A DNA stretch of 64,000 bases from contig NW_027590476.1 in assembly GCF_964213995.1 (NCBI RefSeq), positions 62,001 through 126,000 on the forward strand, in the 5' to 3' direction. Each line of letters begins with the position of its first letter. Position 1 is the stretch's first letter. Origin of the DNA: Mustelus asterias. Its lineage: Eukaryota. The notes below the pieces were generated by a model. It made no database searches. It was not told the DNA's origin and saw only the letters and a program-made list of their open reading frames with translations. The translations under genes and the position numbers were made by a program. Of the stretch, positions 38,420 through 51,642 are shown piece after piece.

Positions 38420-39015
38420 AACCCCCACCCCATCAACATCCTGGGAGTTGACAGAAAACTGAACTGGACCCAGGAACATAAATACAGTGGCTACCAGAGC
38501 TGATCAAAGGTTAGGAATCCTGCGGCGAGTAACTCACCTCCTGACTCCCCAAAGCCTGTCCACCATCTACAAGGTACAAGTCAGGAGTGAGATGGAATAC
38601 CCTCTACTTGCTTGGATGAGTGTAGCTGCAACCACACTCAAGAGGCTCGACAGAATGCAGGACAAATCAGCCGGCTTGATTGCTACCCATTCCATGAACA
38701 TTCATTCCTGCCATCACAGACGAACAGTGACAGCCGTGTGCACCATCTGCAGGGTACACTGCAGCAACTCACCAAGGTTTTTTTTTTGGGCAGCACAATC
38801 CAAACACACGAGCACTGCCATCTAGGAGAAGAAGAGCAGCGGGCACATGGGAACACCACAACCTCGAGGTTCCCTTCCAAGTTATTCTACATCCCTACAT
38901 GGAAACATATCGTTGTTCCTTCACGGTCACTGTGCCAAATCACTGGAACTCCCTCACTAACAGCACAGTGTGTGTACCTGCACATCAGGGACCACAAGAA
39001 GGCAGTTCACCACCA
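38420..39015 (+). mobile_element. Old LINE (CR1/L2 group) 3' fragment
   Basis: ATRADQRLGILRRVTHLLTPQSLSTIYKVQVRSEMEY resembles the post-RT region of LINE ORF2. Decayed. Confidence 0.7.
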
Positions 39016-39519
39016 CACAATACACCAATGTCAGCTGCGGGAATAGACTATCTTCGTGCTGCGAGGTGAGTCTCTGTCCCGGATGTATAATAATAGTCGT
39101 GTTGCTAAGTGAGTCTATGTGGCGGTTATTGTGCATTTCATTTGTTATGAACTTCAGCAGACTTTGATCCATTCTGAATTTAGTTATAGGAACGAATGCC
39201 GAGGAGTCTGTGTCCGTGGGCTCATCTGAGTTAACAATTCTGGATGAACAGCCGGTAATTTTCTGCTCTATTGCCTCCACTTCTGAGCGCATCCTTCAAC
39301 TGATAGCTCGATACTCCTGGTATCTGCTTACTATATAAATCGCGGCATGGGGTTTAGTCTCGAGATTTACCAAAGTGCTTCTATGATGATTTGAACAAGG
39401 TCAAATTGTCTGGTAAATAGAATCGCCGCCTTCGTGAACACGTGATCAAAACATCTTCATGGAGTTGTAAATACCCGCTGAGGTTTTTGTACGGGGTTTA
39501 GCTGTAATCTAACGCTGTG

Positions 39520-40007
39520 CCTCACTGCACAGTAATAGACCGCCCCGTCCTCCAAACTGAGGGCGCTTATATTGAGGGAGCCGCTCTGTGTGGACTTGTC
39601 AGTAGCCGCCAGATATCGTCCTGAAACTTCATTTTCCTCCACTACGAATGCATTGGTAATAATCCATCTCGGTGGCTGTGCCGGTTTCTGCTGATACCAT
39701 TGCATGTCGCTCATCTCCTTGTCTGTATAGTTACAATCCAACTGCACCGAATCCCCTTCTGATGCGATTATTGTCACCGGTGACTGAGTTACTGGATCTG
39801 CGCACAGTCCACCTGTAAAGGTAGAGGAATTAAATATCAAGAGTTCATGTAAATTTATAGTTTGTGGAACCTCCCATCTACACCTCACATGGATATTTTT
39901 GATGGTTAATTAAATTGGCATCTTTGTGTATAAATATGTTTCCGTGGTTTGATGAACGTTGTCCGGTACTTACTGTGCAAGAGCGCCGCCAGAACGATCA
40001 GAAACAT
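39520..40007 (-). CDS. TRAV: TCR alpha(/delta) V segment, intact
   Basis: Leader exon 39974-40007 (MFLIVLAALLH, GTAAGT). V exon 39520-39812 reads DPVTQSPVTIIASEGDSVQLDCNY...QWYQQKP...LEDGAVYYCAVR. RSS is CACAGCG, 22 nt, ACAAAAACC (39482-39519). The alpha assignment is by resemblance only. Confidence 0.9.
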
Positions 40008-41032
40008 GTCCGACTGGATTTATTTCAGTGAATGAGAATGGAGGAGTCAGAGAGTGAGAAAGAGAGCGGGAACCCAGACTCTGCTCCGTTGATTGCAGTG
40101 TGTGTGAGTGTGAGTCAGTTTGTCTGTGTGGGTGTAATTGTGGGGAGGGGAAGTGGAGTCTATTGTGACCTCAGCAGCCTACCATCCATACAGGCTCCAG
40201 TGATAATGTCACGTGAGATTGTAACACCCCCCTCCCCCCAGCATCCCTCCCCATTCCAAAACCGGGCTTGAAATTGGCGCCCTCTGCTGACAAATGTTGT
40301 TTAATGCAAGTTCGCATTTGGCTGTTGAGTCGATTTCAAGGGTTTACTCCAACACATACCAAGGCACAAATGCTGCCCAGGAATCCGAATTGGTGCTCTG
40401 TAGAAAGTCCTTGTTACGTTTCCTACTTACATCGTAAAATGATGCGGGCATCATTCCTGGAATTCTCTGTTCAAATCCCGGGTACACCGAAGTCCAGAGC
40501 ATACCAAGACTTTGGGAAAAGTGCGGTGCTGGGGGAGATATTTCCGTGTAAGTCAGAGAGACGAGGATCCAAGGGCACAGCCTCAGAGTAAAGGGACGAT
40601 CCTTTAAAGTAGAGATGAGGAGGAATTTCTTCAGCCAGTGGGTGGTGAATCGATGGAATTCATTGCCACAGAAGGGTGTGGAGGTCAGGTCATTGAGTAG
40701 ATATGTTTTTGATTTGTAAGGGGATCAAAGTTTCCGGGAAAAGGCGGGAGAATGGGGATGAGAAACTGAGCAGCCACAATTGAATGGCGGAGCAGACTTG
40801 ATGGGTCGAATGGTCTAATGCTATTCCTATATCTTATCGTCTTAAAGGCTTATGGTTATAAATCAGAATAGTGCCAGGGATCAACAGACTAATTTGGTTT
40901 ATTTTGCTTACAAACAAGAAGGTACAAAGGCGACTCAGTTGATATGTTTAGAATTTTCCTCTTTTCAGAGAGTAAAATTTAATATTATAAATTTAATATA
41001 TGCCGCGATTTATATAATTGTATAATTTAATA

Positions 41033-41109
41033 TTGTAAAGTCACCGCTTCTCCTTCTGTCTTTACTGCTGAGGACAGCGGCCGAGTGACAGAATCTCAGT
41101 GACCCATAT
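41033..41109 (-). pseudogene. Truncated TCR V fragment (FR1 only)
   Basis: Acceptor TTTTCCAG, then ...*DSVTRPLSSAVKTEGEAVTL, a close paralogue of the 34.9 kb V. It breaks off into AT-rich sequence. Confidence 0.8.
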
Positions 41110-41370
41110 CTGGAAAAAGGTTGTCTTTGGAGGAGGTGGACTCATAAGAAAATATTCACGTTCATTCAGTTTGGCACTCGACATTCTTTGTGTAGTGTAG
41201 CGGGTAACATCTGTATTTTATACACGACAGCGCCCAGTTCCAAACAGTCGAGTTAGCAAAATACTAACATGCTGCGTTTGTTCAACAATTTCGGGCCTTT
41301 ACCAAGGATTTCTGAGCTGCTTTGGATACAAGCAAACCAGTTATATTTCGGTGAAAGCGCCGGTTGCGTA

Positions 41371-41416
41371 GACTCGTTGGTCTAGGGGCATGATTTTCGC
41401 TTTGGGCATTTGAGGT
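41371..41416 (+). pseudogene. 5' half of a tRNA-Pro(TGG) pseudogene
   Basis: GACTCGTTGGTCTAGGGGCATGATTTTCGCTTTGGG matches the tRNA-Pro 5' half. The T arm and 3' acceptor strand are missing. Confidence 0.7.
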
Positions 41417-41539
41417 GAAACTGTGTGAGAGGTTGACTGGGACAGCCATTGTATTAGACGGTTGGATGGAGCGAAATTTGTTGAGTGTATTCAGGAGGAA
41501 TTTCTCATTCCCGACGAGAGGGGGCAAAACTTTACTTCC

Positions 41540-44500
41540 TCTTGGGAAATAATGTGTTGTTTCTGCATGATGTGGGAGCTGGTGGACCCCACTGTGGTTC
41601 CCAGTGAGCATGTCTGCAGTAAGTGTTGGTTGCTTGAGGTACTCCGGCTCAGGGTCGATGAGCTGGAGTCTGAGCTTCAGACACTGCGACATATCGGGAG
41701 GGGGAGAGTTACCTGGACGCTGTGTTTCAGGAGGCAGTCACACCCTTTAGACTAACTAATTCAGCCGGGGGTCAGGGACAAGAGGGTGTGGCTGCGAGCG
41801 AGGCAGGAAGTGGGATCCAGAAGGTAGAGTTGCAAGAGCCTCAGTCCCTGAATCTGTACAACAGGTTTGAAATTCTTACTCCCAGTGTGGATGGGAACGG
41901 GGACTGCAAGGAGGATGAGCAAACTGCCCACGGCACCGTGGTACAGGGAGCCGTTCAGGTGGAAGAAGAAAAAAGAAATGTAGTGGTAATTGGGGATAGT
42001 GTAGTTAGGGATATTGACACTGTTCTCTGTGACCAAGATCGAGAATACCAAAGGTTGTGTTGCCTGCCTGGTGCTCGGGTCCAGGATATCTCATCTGGGC
42101 TGCAGAGGAACTTGGAGTGGGAGGGTAAGAATCCAGTTGTAGTGGTCCACGTAGGTGCCAACGACATAGGCAGAACAGGAACAGAGGTTCTGCAGAGGGA
42201 GTATGAAAAGCTAGGAGCCAAATTAAAAAGCAGAACCAACAAGGTGGTAATCTCTGGATTACTACCTGAGCCACAAGCAAATTGGCGTAGGATCAATAAG
42301 ATTAAGGAGGTAAATGAGTGGCTCAAAGATTGGTGTGGGAGGAATGGGTTTGAATTCATGGGATATTGGCACCAGTATTGGGGAAGATGGGACCTGTTCA
42401 GATGGGATGGTCTTCGTCTGAATCGTGCTGGGACCAGAGTCCTGGCGAATAGTATAACCAAGGCTGTAAATAGGGCTTTAAACTGAAGAGTGAGGTGGGG
42501 GGGGGGGGGGGGGGGGTGAGGGAGGGAGGGTTCAGGGGCATGGGGAATTATAAAATCAAAGGTAAAGGAGAGGGTACGAGTGCAGGTTAATGATGAGGAC
42601 ATTCACCTAGTTAAAGGAGTAAAGGGCTCAGGCAGAGTAAAAAAGGTGACAAACACAAGAAGAGAGGTGGTTAACGCAGTGCAAGGAGATGGTCTGGGGA
42701 AGGATAACCAGTTTGAGACAGGTAGGGACAGAGCATGCAATCAAAAGAATGCACTAACAAATCGGGTCCATATAAAGGCTAGCATAAAGACACTTTACCT
42801 GAATGCACGTAGCATTCGAAACAAAGTGAATGAGTTGATGGCACAAATCAGTACAAATGGGTATGATCTAGTGGCCATTACAGAAACGTGGTTGCAGGGT
42901 GACCAGGACTGGGAACTGAATATCCAGGGGTATCAGACATTTCGGAAGGATAGACAGGAAGGAAAAGGAGGTGGGGTAGCTCTGTTAATTAAAGATAACA
43001 TCAGGGCGGTAGTGACAGACGATATAGGCTCTAAGGAGCAGAATGTGGAATCGTTGTGGATGGAGATAAGGAATAGTAAGGGGAGAAAGTCACCGGTGGG
43101 CGTGGTCTATAGGCCCCCAAATAATAACTTTGAGGTGGGTCGGGCTATAAACAAGCAAATAATGGGTGCGTGCAAAAACGGAACAGCAATAATCATGGGG
43201 GATTTTAACCTGCATATTGATTGGTTGACTCAAGTCGGACACGGTGGACTTGAGAAAGAGTTCTGAGAATGCTGTCGGGATAGTTTCCTCGAACAGTATG
43301 TTACAGAACCTACGAGGGAGCAAGCCATCTTGGATCTGGTCCTGTGTAATGAGACAGGTAAAATTAATGATCTTCTTGTGAGGGATCTTGGAATGAGTGA
43401 TCACAATATGGTTGAATTTCTAATACAAATGGAGGGAGAGAAAATAGGGTCCCAAACCAGTGTCCTCTGCTTGAACACAGGGGAGTACAATAGGATGAGG
43501 GCAGAATTGGCTAATGTAGACTAGTTGGTAGGACAGCTGAGCAACAGTGGTGGATTTTTAAGGAGATTTTTCTCAGTACTCAGCAAAAATATATTCCTGT
43601 GATAAAGGGGAAATATGAAGACATAAGGCAGCAAATTAGAGGAGTAAATTGGAAGGAGGGATTCTCGGGGAAATCTACTGAAGAGAGGTGGCAGTTTTTC
43701 AAGGAATGTCTGTCTAGGGTTCTACAGGACAATGTTCCGAGCAGGCAGGGAGGAGTTGGTAGGTTAAAGGAACCGTGGTGCACGAAAGCTATGTGGGACC
43801 TAGTCGAGAAGAAAGGAAGTGTATAAAAGGCTTAGAGAGCTTGGCGAAGATAGGGATTTAGAAGAGTATAGGGCTTGTAGGAAGGGACTAAAGAAGGAAA
43901 TTTGGAGAGCCAGAAGGGGTCACGAGAAAGCCTTGGCAAGTAGAATTAAGGAAAACCCTAAGGCGTTTTATAAATATGTGAAGAGTAAAAGGATGAGACG
44001 TGAAGGAATAGGGCCTATAAAAGGTGAAGGCGGGAAAATCAGTACGGAACCAGTAGAAATGGCAGAGGTGCTTAATGAGTATTTTGCCTCGGTTTTCACA
44101 GAGGAGAAGGACATGGGTGGATGTACTGTGGGCTTGCGGTGGACTGAAAAGATTGAGTATGTGGACTTTAACAAAGAGGTTGGAATCGTTGAATGGCATC
44201 AAGATAGATAAGTCGCCGGGTCCGGATGGAATGTACCCCAGGTTACTGTGGGAGGCGAGGGAAGAGATTGCAGAGCCTCTGGCAATGATCTTTGCATCGT
44301 CGATGGAGACAGGAGAGGTGCCGGAGGATTGGAGGATTGCGGATGTGGTTCCTATTTTCAAGAAGGGGAATAGGGATAGCCCAGGTAATTACCGACCGGT
44401 GAGTCTAACCTCAGTGGTTGGTAAGCTGATGGAGAAGATCCTGAGGGACAAGATTTATGAGCATTTAGAGAGGTTTAGTATGCTCAAGAATACTCAGCAT

Positions 44501-46482
44501 GGCTTTGTCACAGGCAGATCGTGCCTTACAAGCCTGGTGGAGTTCTTCGAAAATGTGACTAAACACAGTGACGAAGGGAAAGCGGTAGATGTGCTTTATA
44601 TGGATTTTAGCAAGGCGTTCGATCAGGTCCCCCATGCAAGGCTTCTCGAAAAAGTGAGAGGGCATGGGATCCAAGGGGCTGCTGCCCTGTGGATCCAGAA
44701 CTGGCTTGCCCAAAGGAGGCAGAAAGTGTGTATTGATGGGTCTTTTTCTAAATGGAGATCGGTCACCAGTGGTGTGCCCCAGGGATCTGTTCTGGGACCA
44801 TTGCTGTTTGTCATTTTCATAAATGACCTGGATGAGGAAATGGAGGGATGGGTTGGTAAGTTTGCCGACGACACGAAGGTTGGTGGGGTTGTGGATAGTC
44901 TGGAGGGATGTCAGAAGTTACAGAGGGACATAGATAGGATGCAAGTCTGGGCGAAGAAGTGGCAGATGGACTTCAACCCAGATAAATGCGTAGTGGTCCA
45001 TTTTGGCAGGTCAAATGGGATGAAGGAGTACAATATAAAGGGAAAGACTCTTAGTACTGTAGAGGATCAGAAGGACCTTGGGGTCCGGGTCCATAGGGCT
45101 CTAAAATCGGCCCCACAGGTGGAGGAGGTGGTTAAGAAGGCGTATGGTGTGCTGGCCTTTATCAATCGAGGGATTGAGTTTAGGAGTCCGGGGATAATGA
45201 TGCAGCTATAGAAGACCCTCGTCAGACCCCACTTGGAGTACTGTGCTCAGTTCTGGTCGCCTCATTACAGGAAGGATGTGGAAAAGATTGAAAGGGTGCA
45301 GAGGCGATTTACAGGGATGTTGCCTGGATTGAGTGGCATGCCTTATGAGGATAGGCTGAGGGAGCTCGGTCTTTTCTCCTTGGAGAAACGTAGGATGAGG
45401 GGAGACCTAATAGAGGTATATAAGATGTTGAGAGGCATAGATCGGGTGGACTCTCAGAGGCTTTTTCCCAGGATGGAAATGGCTGCTACGAGAGGACATA
45501 GGTTTAAGGTGCTGGGGTGTAGGTGCAGGGGAGATGTTAGGGGGAAGTTTATCACATGGAGGGTGGTGGGCGAATGGAATTGGCTGCCATCAGTGGTGGT
45601 GGAGGCAAAGTCAGTAGGGTCTTTTAAGAGACTCTTGGATGAGTACATGGGACTTAATAGGATGGAGGGTTATAGGTAGGCCTAAAAGGTAGGGATATGT
45701 TCGGCACAACTTGTGGGGCCGAAGGGCCTGTTTTGTGCTGTAGTTTTCTATGTTTCTATGTTAAAGAAGGAATGTAAGAAAAGGGATAACCAGCCGTGGA
45801 TAACTAAGGAAATAAAGGAGAGTATTAAATTAAAAACCGATGCGTACAGAGTGGCCAAAACTAGTGGGGGATTAGAAGGTTGGGAAAGCTTTAAAAAACA
45901 ACAAAGAACTACTAAGAAAGCGAGAAAGAAAGGAAAGATAGATTATGAAACTAAACTAGCACAAAATATAAAAACTGATGGCAAAAGTTTTTACAAATGT
46001 ATAAAAAGGAAAAGAGTAGCTAAAGTAAATGTTGGACCCTTAGAAGACGAGAAGGAGGATTTAATAATGGGAAACGAGGAAATGGCCAAGGCCTTAAACA
46101 AGTTTTTGTGTCGGTCTTCACGGTAGAGGACACAAATAGCTTACCGAAAATTGACGGTTGTGGGACTATAGGGGGTGAGGTCCTTAAAACGATTACTATT
46201 ACTAAAGAGGTAGTGCTTGGTTGGCTAATGGGACTAAAGGTAGACAAGTCCCCGGGCCCGGATGGAATGCATCCCAGGGTCCGGATAGAAATGGCAGAAG
46301 TAATAGCAGATGCGTTGGTTGTAATTTATCAAAATTCACTGGACTCTGGGGAAGTGCCGGCTGATTGGAAAACAGCTAATGTGATGCCACTGTTTAAAAA
46401 AGGAGGTAGACAAAAGGCGGGTAACTACAGCCCGGTTAGCTTAACATCCGTAGTTGGGAAATTGCTGGAATCCATCATTAAA
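41540..46482 (+). mobile_element. CR1 LINE (host): ORF1 Zn/zipper + SGNH esterase, ORF2 AP endonuclease; 3' truncated and interrupted
   Basis: C..C...CSKC then VVIGDS/HVGAND (ORF1 to 42486). LYLNARS, ITETW and MGDFN (APE). After the nested insert it resumes with KKRDNQPWITKEIKE...SPGPDG...GNYSPVSLTS. Confidence 0.9.
43601..45762 (+). mobile_element. Nested 5'-truncated CR1 LINE with RT domain
   Basis: YRPVSLTS, DFSKAFD, GVPQGSVLGP and FADD motifs; ends in (TTTCTATG)n; splits the host sequence QQKYIP|KKECKK. Confidence 0.9.
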
Positions 46483-47440
46483 CATTTCTAAAACAAAAAG
46501 GTAAAAGTGATGGTCAATTGAGCCAGGATTTTATTCTGGGACCTTCCTGTCCAGAAGTCCAGAAGTAACATCAGCTGGGATTGTAACTTAGCAGCAGAAA
46601 CCCATCTTCTGTTCTATTCCCCCAATTCCCACAAAATAGTTTTTAGATTTGGGTGAGTTTGTATAAAATTGACAAAGGTGGAGATTCAAGACACTTAACA
46701 AGTGAATAAAGGCAAAAGATTCCACAGATTCTGCACAAACAAAATAAACTTTACTATACACAATGATAAAGGGAAAACAAGTTACAATATGTGGAAGGTA
46801 AAACATTCAAGGACTTTCGAGAGGAAAGGGAGGTGGGATGGTAGTTCACAAGGGCATGTGTCAAAGATATTTTAATGAGAAGTGGGTGATGATATCGGAT
46901 TTGAAGGAGAGGAAGATATTGGCAATATCAGCTGATATGGAGAAGTTGTGCTGTCAGTAGGACATTGGGAAAAGGATTGAGGGATCAAGAGATGGGTCTC
47001 ATGGGCAAGATGAGCTCTAAGAGGACATGAGGGGAGGTAGGAGAGAAACTGCAGAAAGATGAGAGTTCAGAGCTCAGATAAAGGGCAGCGTTAGAGGAGG
47101 TTTGTTCCAGTGGGTTAGCGGAAGGAGGGAAGCAGGAGAGGCAGCTGATTGGATTGTCTCAAACTTAGTGACAAAGAAGATTGTGAGTTTTATTCCCAAT
47201 GAGCACTTGCGGGGAGGTGAAGATGGGAGAGGGACAATGGGAGAGCAACTCAAAAGGAATTCAGTTGTGCTGATGATATTAAAAAGATTCACAGTACTGA
47301 ACACAAAGATAATTTATTTGACTTTTATTCAGAATATTAAACCGTATAACTGGCTGGAGTTCATTAACATCAACAAAAACAAACGCAATGAACATATTAC
47401 AGTCCTGGATAGGATTAGCAGCAGATTCCAATCACTGTGG

Positions 47441-48646
47441 TTACTCGTGAATTCTTTGGTGTCTAAGCAGGTAGGATGACCGAGTGAATCTCTTCCCACT
47501 CTCAGAGCAGCTGAATGGCCTCTCCCCAGTGTGAGCTCGCTTGTGTCTCAGCAGGGTGGAGGACTGAATGAATCCCTTCCCACATTCAGAGCAGGTGAAT
47601 GGCTTTTCCCCAGTGTGGGTGCGCTGGTGTAGAATGAGATCATATGATCGCCTGAACCCAGTCCCACAGTGAGAGCACCTGAACGGTCTCTCATCAGTGT
47701 GAACACGTTGATGGGAAGTCAGTTCACCAGAACTTTTATAGCACTTCTCACAGTCAGAGCATTTAAAAGGTCTCTCCCCGGTGTGAACTCGCTGGTGTGT
47801 CAATAGGTGGGATGACCGAGTGAATCCCTTCCCACAGTAGGAGCAGGTGAATGGCCTCTCCCCAGTGTGAACTCGCTGGTGTTGCAGCAGGCGGGATGAC
47901 CGAGTGAATCCCTTTCCACACTCGGAGCAGGTGAATGGCCTTTCCCCAGTGTGGATGCGCTGGTGTAGAATGAGATCATATGATCGCTTGAACCCAGCCC
48001 CGCAGTGAGAGCACCTGAATGGTCTCTCATCAGTGTGAACATGTTGATGGGACATCAGTTCATCAGAACTTTTATAGCACTTCTCACAGTCAGAGCATTT
48101 AAAAGGTCTCTCCCCAGTGTGAACTCGCTGGTGTGTCAATAGTTGGGATGACCGAGTGAATCCCTTTCCACACGCGGAGCAGGTGAATGGTCTCTCCCCA
48201 GTGTGAACTCGCTGGTGTACAGTGAGGTTATGTGAATGCTGGAACCCAATCCCACAGTGGGAGCACCTGAATGGTCTCTCATCAGTGTGAACACGTTGAT
48301 GGGACATCAGTTCCCAAGAACTTTTGAAGCACTTCCCACAGTCTGAGCATTGGAAAGGTCTCTCATCAGTGTGAACTCGCTGATGAGTAAATAGGTGGGA
48401 TGACTGAGTGAATCCCTTCCCACACTCAGAGCAGGTGAACGGCCTCTCCCCAGTGTGACTGCGCCGATGAGTTTCCAGCTGGGATGGGGAATTAAATTCC
48501 TTCCCACAGTCCACACATTTACACAGTTTTTCCATGGAGTGACTGCACTTACGTTTTGACAGGCCAGAGGATCGGCTGAAGCCTCGTCCACACACAGAAC
48601 CCGTGTACGGATTCTCCCCACTGGGAATAGTGCTTTTTCCTTCCAT
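47441..48646 (-). CDS. C2H2 zinc-finger protein (12 intact + 2 degenerate fingers)
   Basis: 401-aa ORF from the ATG at 48646 with TGERPF/TDERPF linkers. Acceptor near 48754; upstream exons not resolved. Confidence 0.9.
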   Translation of the reverse strand: MEGKSTIPSGENPYTGSVCGRGFSRSSGLSKRKCSHSMEKLCKCVDCGKEFNSPSQLETHRRSHTGERPFTCSECGKGFTQSSHLFTHQRVHTDERPFQCSDCGKCFKSSWELMSHQRVHTDERPFRCSHCGIGFQHSHNLTVHQRVHTGERPFTCSACGKGFTRSSQLLTHQRVHTGERPFKCSDCEKCYKSSDELMSHQHVHTDERPFRCSHCGAGFKRSYDLILHQRIHTGERPFTCSECGKGFTRSSRLLQHQRVHTGERPFTCSYCGKGFTRSSHLLTHQRVHTGERPFKCSDCEKCYKSSGELTSHQRVHTDERPFRCSHCGTGFRRSYDLILHQRTHTGEKPFTCSECGKGFIQSSTLLRHKRAHTGERPFSCSESGKRFTRSSYLLRHQRIHE

Positions 48647-49069
48647 GTTCAAAATCCACTGATATTCAGTTATGATAAATTGGGCGACTCTGGCAGTTCC
48701 TGATATGATATTTACTTTCAGTTTCCTGACTGCAAATCGTCCCCTTCTAGTCCCTGTGAAACTGATTCAAAACAGAAAAAAGGGGATTGAGAGAAAACCC
48801 ATAGAGACAGGTGATGAACAGAGTCCAGACCGAAGCAACAATAAAAATAAAACACGCAGGAGGCCAGGAACTGAGGATCATCAAGATATTCAGCAGACTG
48901 GGCAGCCTGTGAGAGTTACAAACATTATTGAGGGCTCAGGTTGCTGACTTGCCCTCAGTCTATAATGAAACATCTAGAGTCAGGCACTGACTAATGGCGG
49001 TCACATTTCCCACAATGCTCTGCACCCCAGAAACCCCTCTATTCAAAAGTTGCTCACCGCAATTCACTA

Positions 49070-49868
49070 ATCATCGAATCCTTACAGTGCAGAAAGAGGC
49101 CATTTTACCCATCGAGTCTCGACTGACTCAGAGCATCTTTCCCAGGCTCACCTCCTGTCCCAGTAACCCCACGCACTTACTCTGCTAATCCCCATCCTGA
49201 ACTTTTTCTTCACCCTGCCTGCAACCACAACAATATATTCTGTACCCGACTCTTTTCCTTCCCCCCTCTGTACTTTACCAAGTTATGATTTTTTTTTCTG
49301 TATAACACGCAAGAAATAATTTTCACTGTATCCCAGAACACGCAACAATAATAAATCAAATTAGACCCTATACATCTTGGGACGCTAAGGGACAAATTTA
49401 ACATGGTCAATTCACCGAACCTGCACACCTTTGGGCAGTGAGAGGAAACCAGAGCACCCAGAGGAAATGCACACAGACAGGGGGAGATTGTGCAAACTCC
49501 ACACCTGAGGTGAAGATGTTGGACTGGGGTGGGCACAGTAAGAAGTCTCACAACACCAGGTTATTTGGAACCACGAGCTTTTGGAGAGCTGATGAAGGAG
49601 CAGCTTCGACAAACGGTCATCTGGACTCAAAATGTCAGTTATTTTCTCTCCTCACAGATGCTGCCAGACCTGCTGAGATTTTCCAGCATTTTCTCTTTTG
49701 GTTTCAGATTCCAGCATCCGCAGTAATTTGCATTGATTCCAAATAACTTATTGGACTTTAACCTGATATTGTAAGACTTCTTACTGTGCAAACTCCACAC
49801 AGTCACACACCCATGGCTGGAGTCGAACCCTGGCGCTGTGAGGCAGCAGTGTGAATCACTGTGCCACA
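49070..49868 (-). mobile_element. HE1 SINE interrupted by Penelope-derived fragments (nested composite)
   Basis: SINE tail at ~49070, core at ~49380-49500 and head at ~49785-49868, separated by other repeats. Confidence 0.65.
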
Positions 49869-50696
49869 GTGAAGGGAGTTTGCAGCAAATTTCGGGTGAT
49901 AACAATGGGCTGGATGTTGCTCAGAATGTGGAGCACTGCAGCAAAGTACAGAGAGACAGAGACAGAGCAGCAAACTGGACTGAGAAATGGAGTCTGCAGA
50001 CTGGAACTGGCAGCATGAGGAGAGGTTATTTAGTCTAACACTCACAGCAATCTACAACCCACCCCCATTACCGAGACAGTGAGACAGAGATTACAAACAC
50101 TCACCAACACAGCTCCACTGAAACGTCCCAGGAAAAAGGGGGAATCTGTGGCTGTTCCTGTCCTGAAATAGCCCCAGGACTGTCACTCAAACCCCCAACC
50201 CGGCCCAGTTCACAGCTCAGTCTCTCAGCTTGCAGCTTCCTGCACTTCGAGCCAACCCTGTCCAGGTGTGGGAGGGATGTGGAACCACAGAGTGTGGGGA
50301 GGGGTGACCTCCTGCTGTGCCCCAAATAGTTTCTCCTTCCCCTCCCCCATGGCGCTCTAAGCTCTCAATGTGGACGGGTTGCTGGACTTTGCAGAGCCTC
50401 ACTGAGCAGCGCTTGTCCCTTATCCTGGGTCACCCCTTCCCCCTGGGTTCAGTGTGTTCAGTTCGCTGCTTCTTTCCCTGCTGAACCTTCAGTTAATCAA
50501 AAACAGGAAGTGCTGGAAAACCTCAGCAGGTCTGGCAGCATCTGTGATCATCCAGACTGGAAGTATTAACTCTATTCTCTCTCCACAGATGCCAAGATTT
50601 CTAGCATTTTCTGTTTCTGTTTCAGATTCCAGCACCCGCAGTATTTTCAGCACTCTGCGTCCAGGGCAGGAAGCAGTGAGCATGGATCTGTCAATC

Positions 50697-51210
50697 ACAC
50701 ATGAGGACGGCCTCAACCGGGATCTTGGGTTCATGTCACACTATCTGTAACCCCCACAACTTGCCTGGGCTTGCAAAATCTCACCAACTGTCCTTCATCT
50801 GACGAAGGAGCAGCGCTCCGAAAGCTAGTGGCGTTTGCTACCAAATATACCTGTTGGACTTTAACCTGGTGTTGTTCGACTACTTACTGTGTTTACCTCA
50901 GTCCAACGCTTGCATCTCCACATGCTTGCAAAACACACCTCTTTAATCTGTGCTTAATCCTCTCTCCACTCACATTGTCTGTACCTTTAAGACTTGATTA
51001 CCTGTAAAGACTCACATTCCAACCATTATCTTGTAAATTGAGTTTGTGTCTTTATATGCCCTGTTTGGGAACACGACTCCCACTCACCTGATGAAGGGGC
51101 AGCGCTCCAAAAGCTTGTGGCTTGTGCTCCCAAATAAACCTGTTGGACTTTAACCTGGTGTTGTGAGACTTCTTACTGTGCTTACCCCAGTCCAACGCCG
51201 GCATCTCCAC
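50697..51210 (+). mobile_element. Penelope 3' end and terminal-repeat fragments
   Basis: HEDGLNRDLGFMSHYL* followed by two terminal repeats. Hammerhead core intact at 50795-50831 and broken at ~51085. Confidence 0.8.
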
Positions 51211-51642
51211 ACTCTGAGTGGAAACAGAGAGAAGTAGGAGAGGCCGGAGGTGAGGAGAGAGATTTTATACATCTACAACTCAACAGGAACTTTGACAGAA
51301 TTTCCAAACCCTGTGAACACCATCAGCTCCAAGTTCCTCTCCAACTCACACACCATCCTGACTTGTCTGACATCCAGTACTGAAAGAACAGAAATTTATT
51401 TCATTTAAATACTGGGAAGACTGAACCCATTGTGTTCAGTCCCCACTACAAACTCCACTCCCTCACCAACAACTTTATCTCTCCTCCTGGCAACTGTCTG
51501 AGGCTGAACCCGGCTGTTCACAACCAGGGTGAAATAGTTCATCCCAAGATGAGCTTCCAGCCACATGTCCACATCATCATCAAGACCACCTTCATTCATA
51601 GAAGCATTAATAGTAATTAATTAACAATAATGAATAATAAAA

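Noticed and set aside
6000-41200. IgH-like V, D-delta, J-alpha/J-delta or constant exons
   Set aside because: None recognised by eye; short D segments could have been missed.
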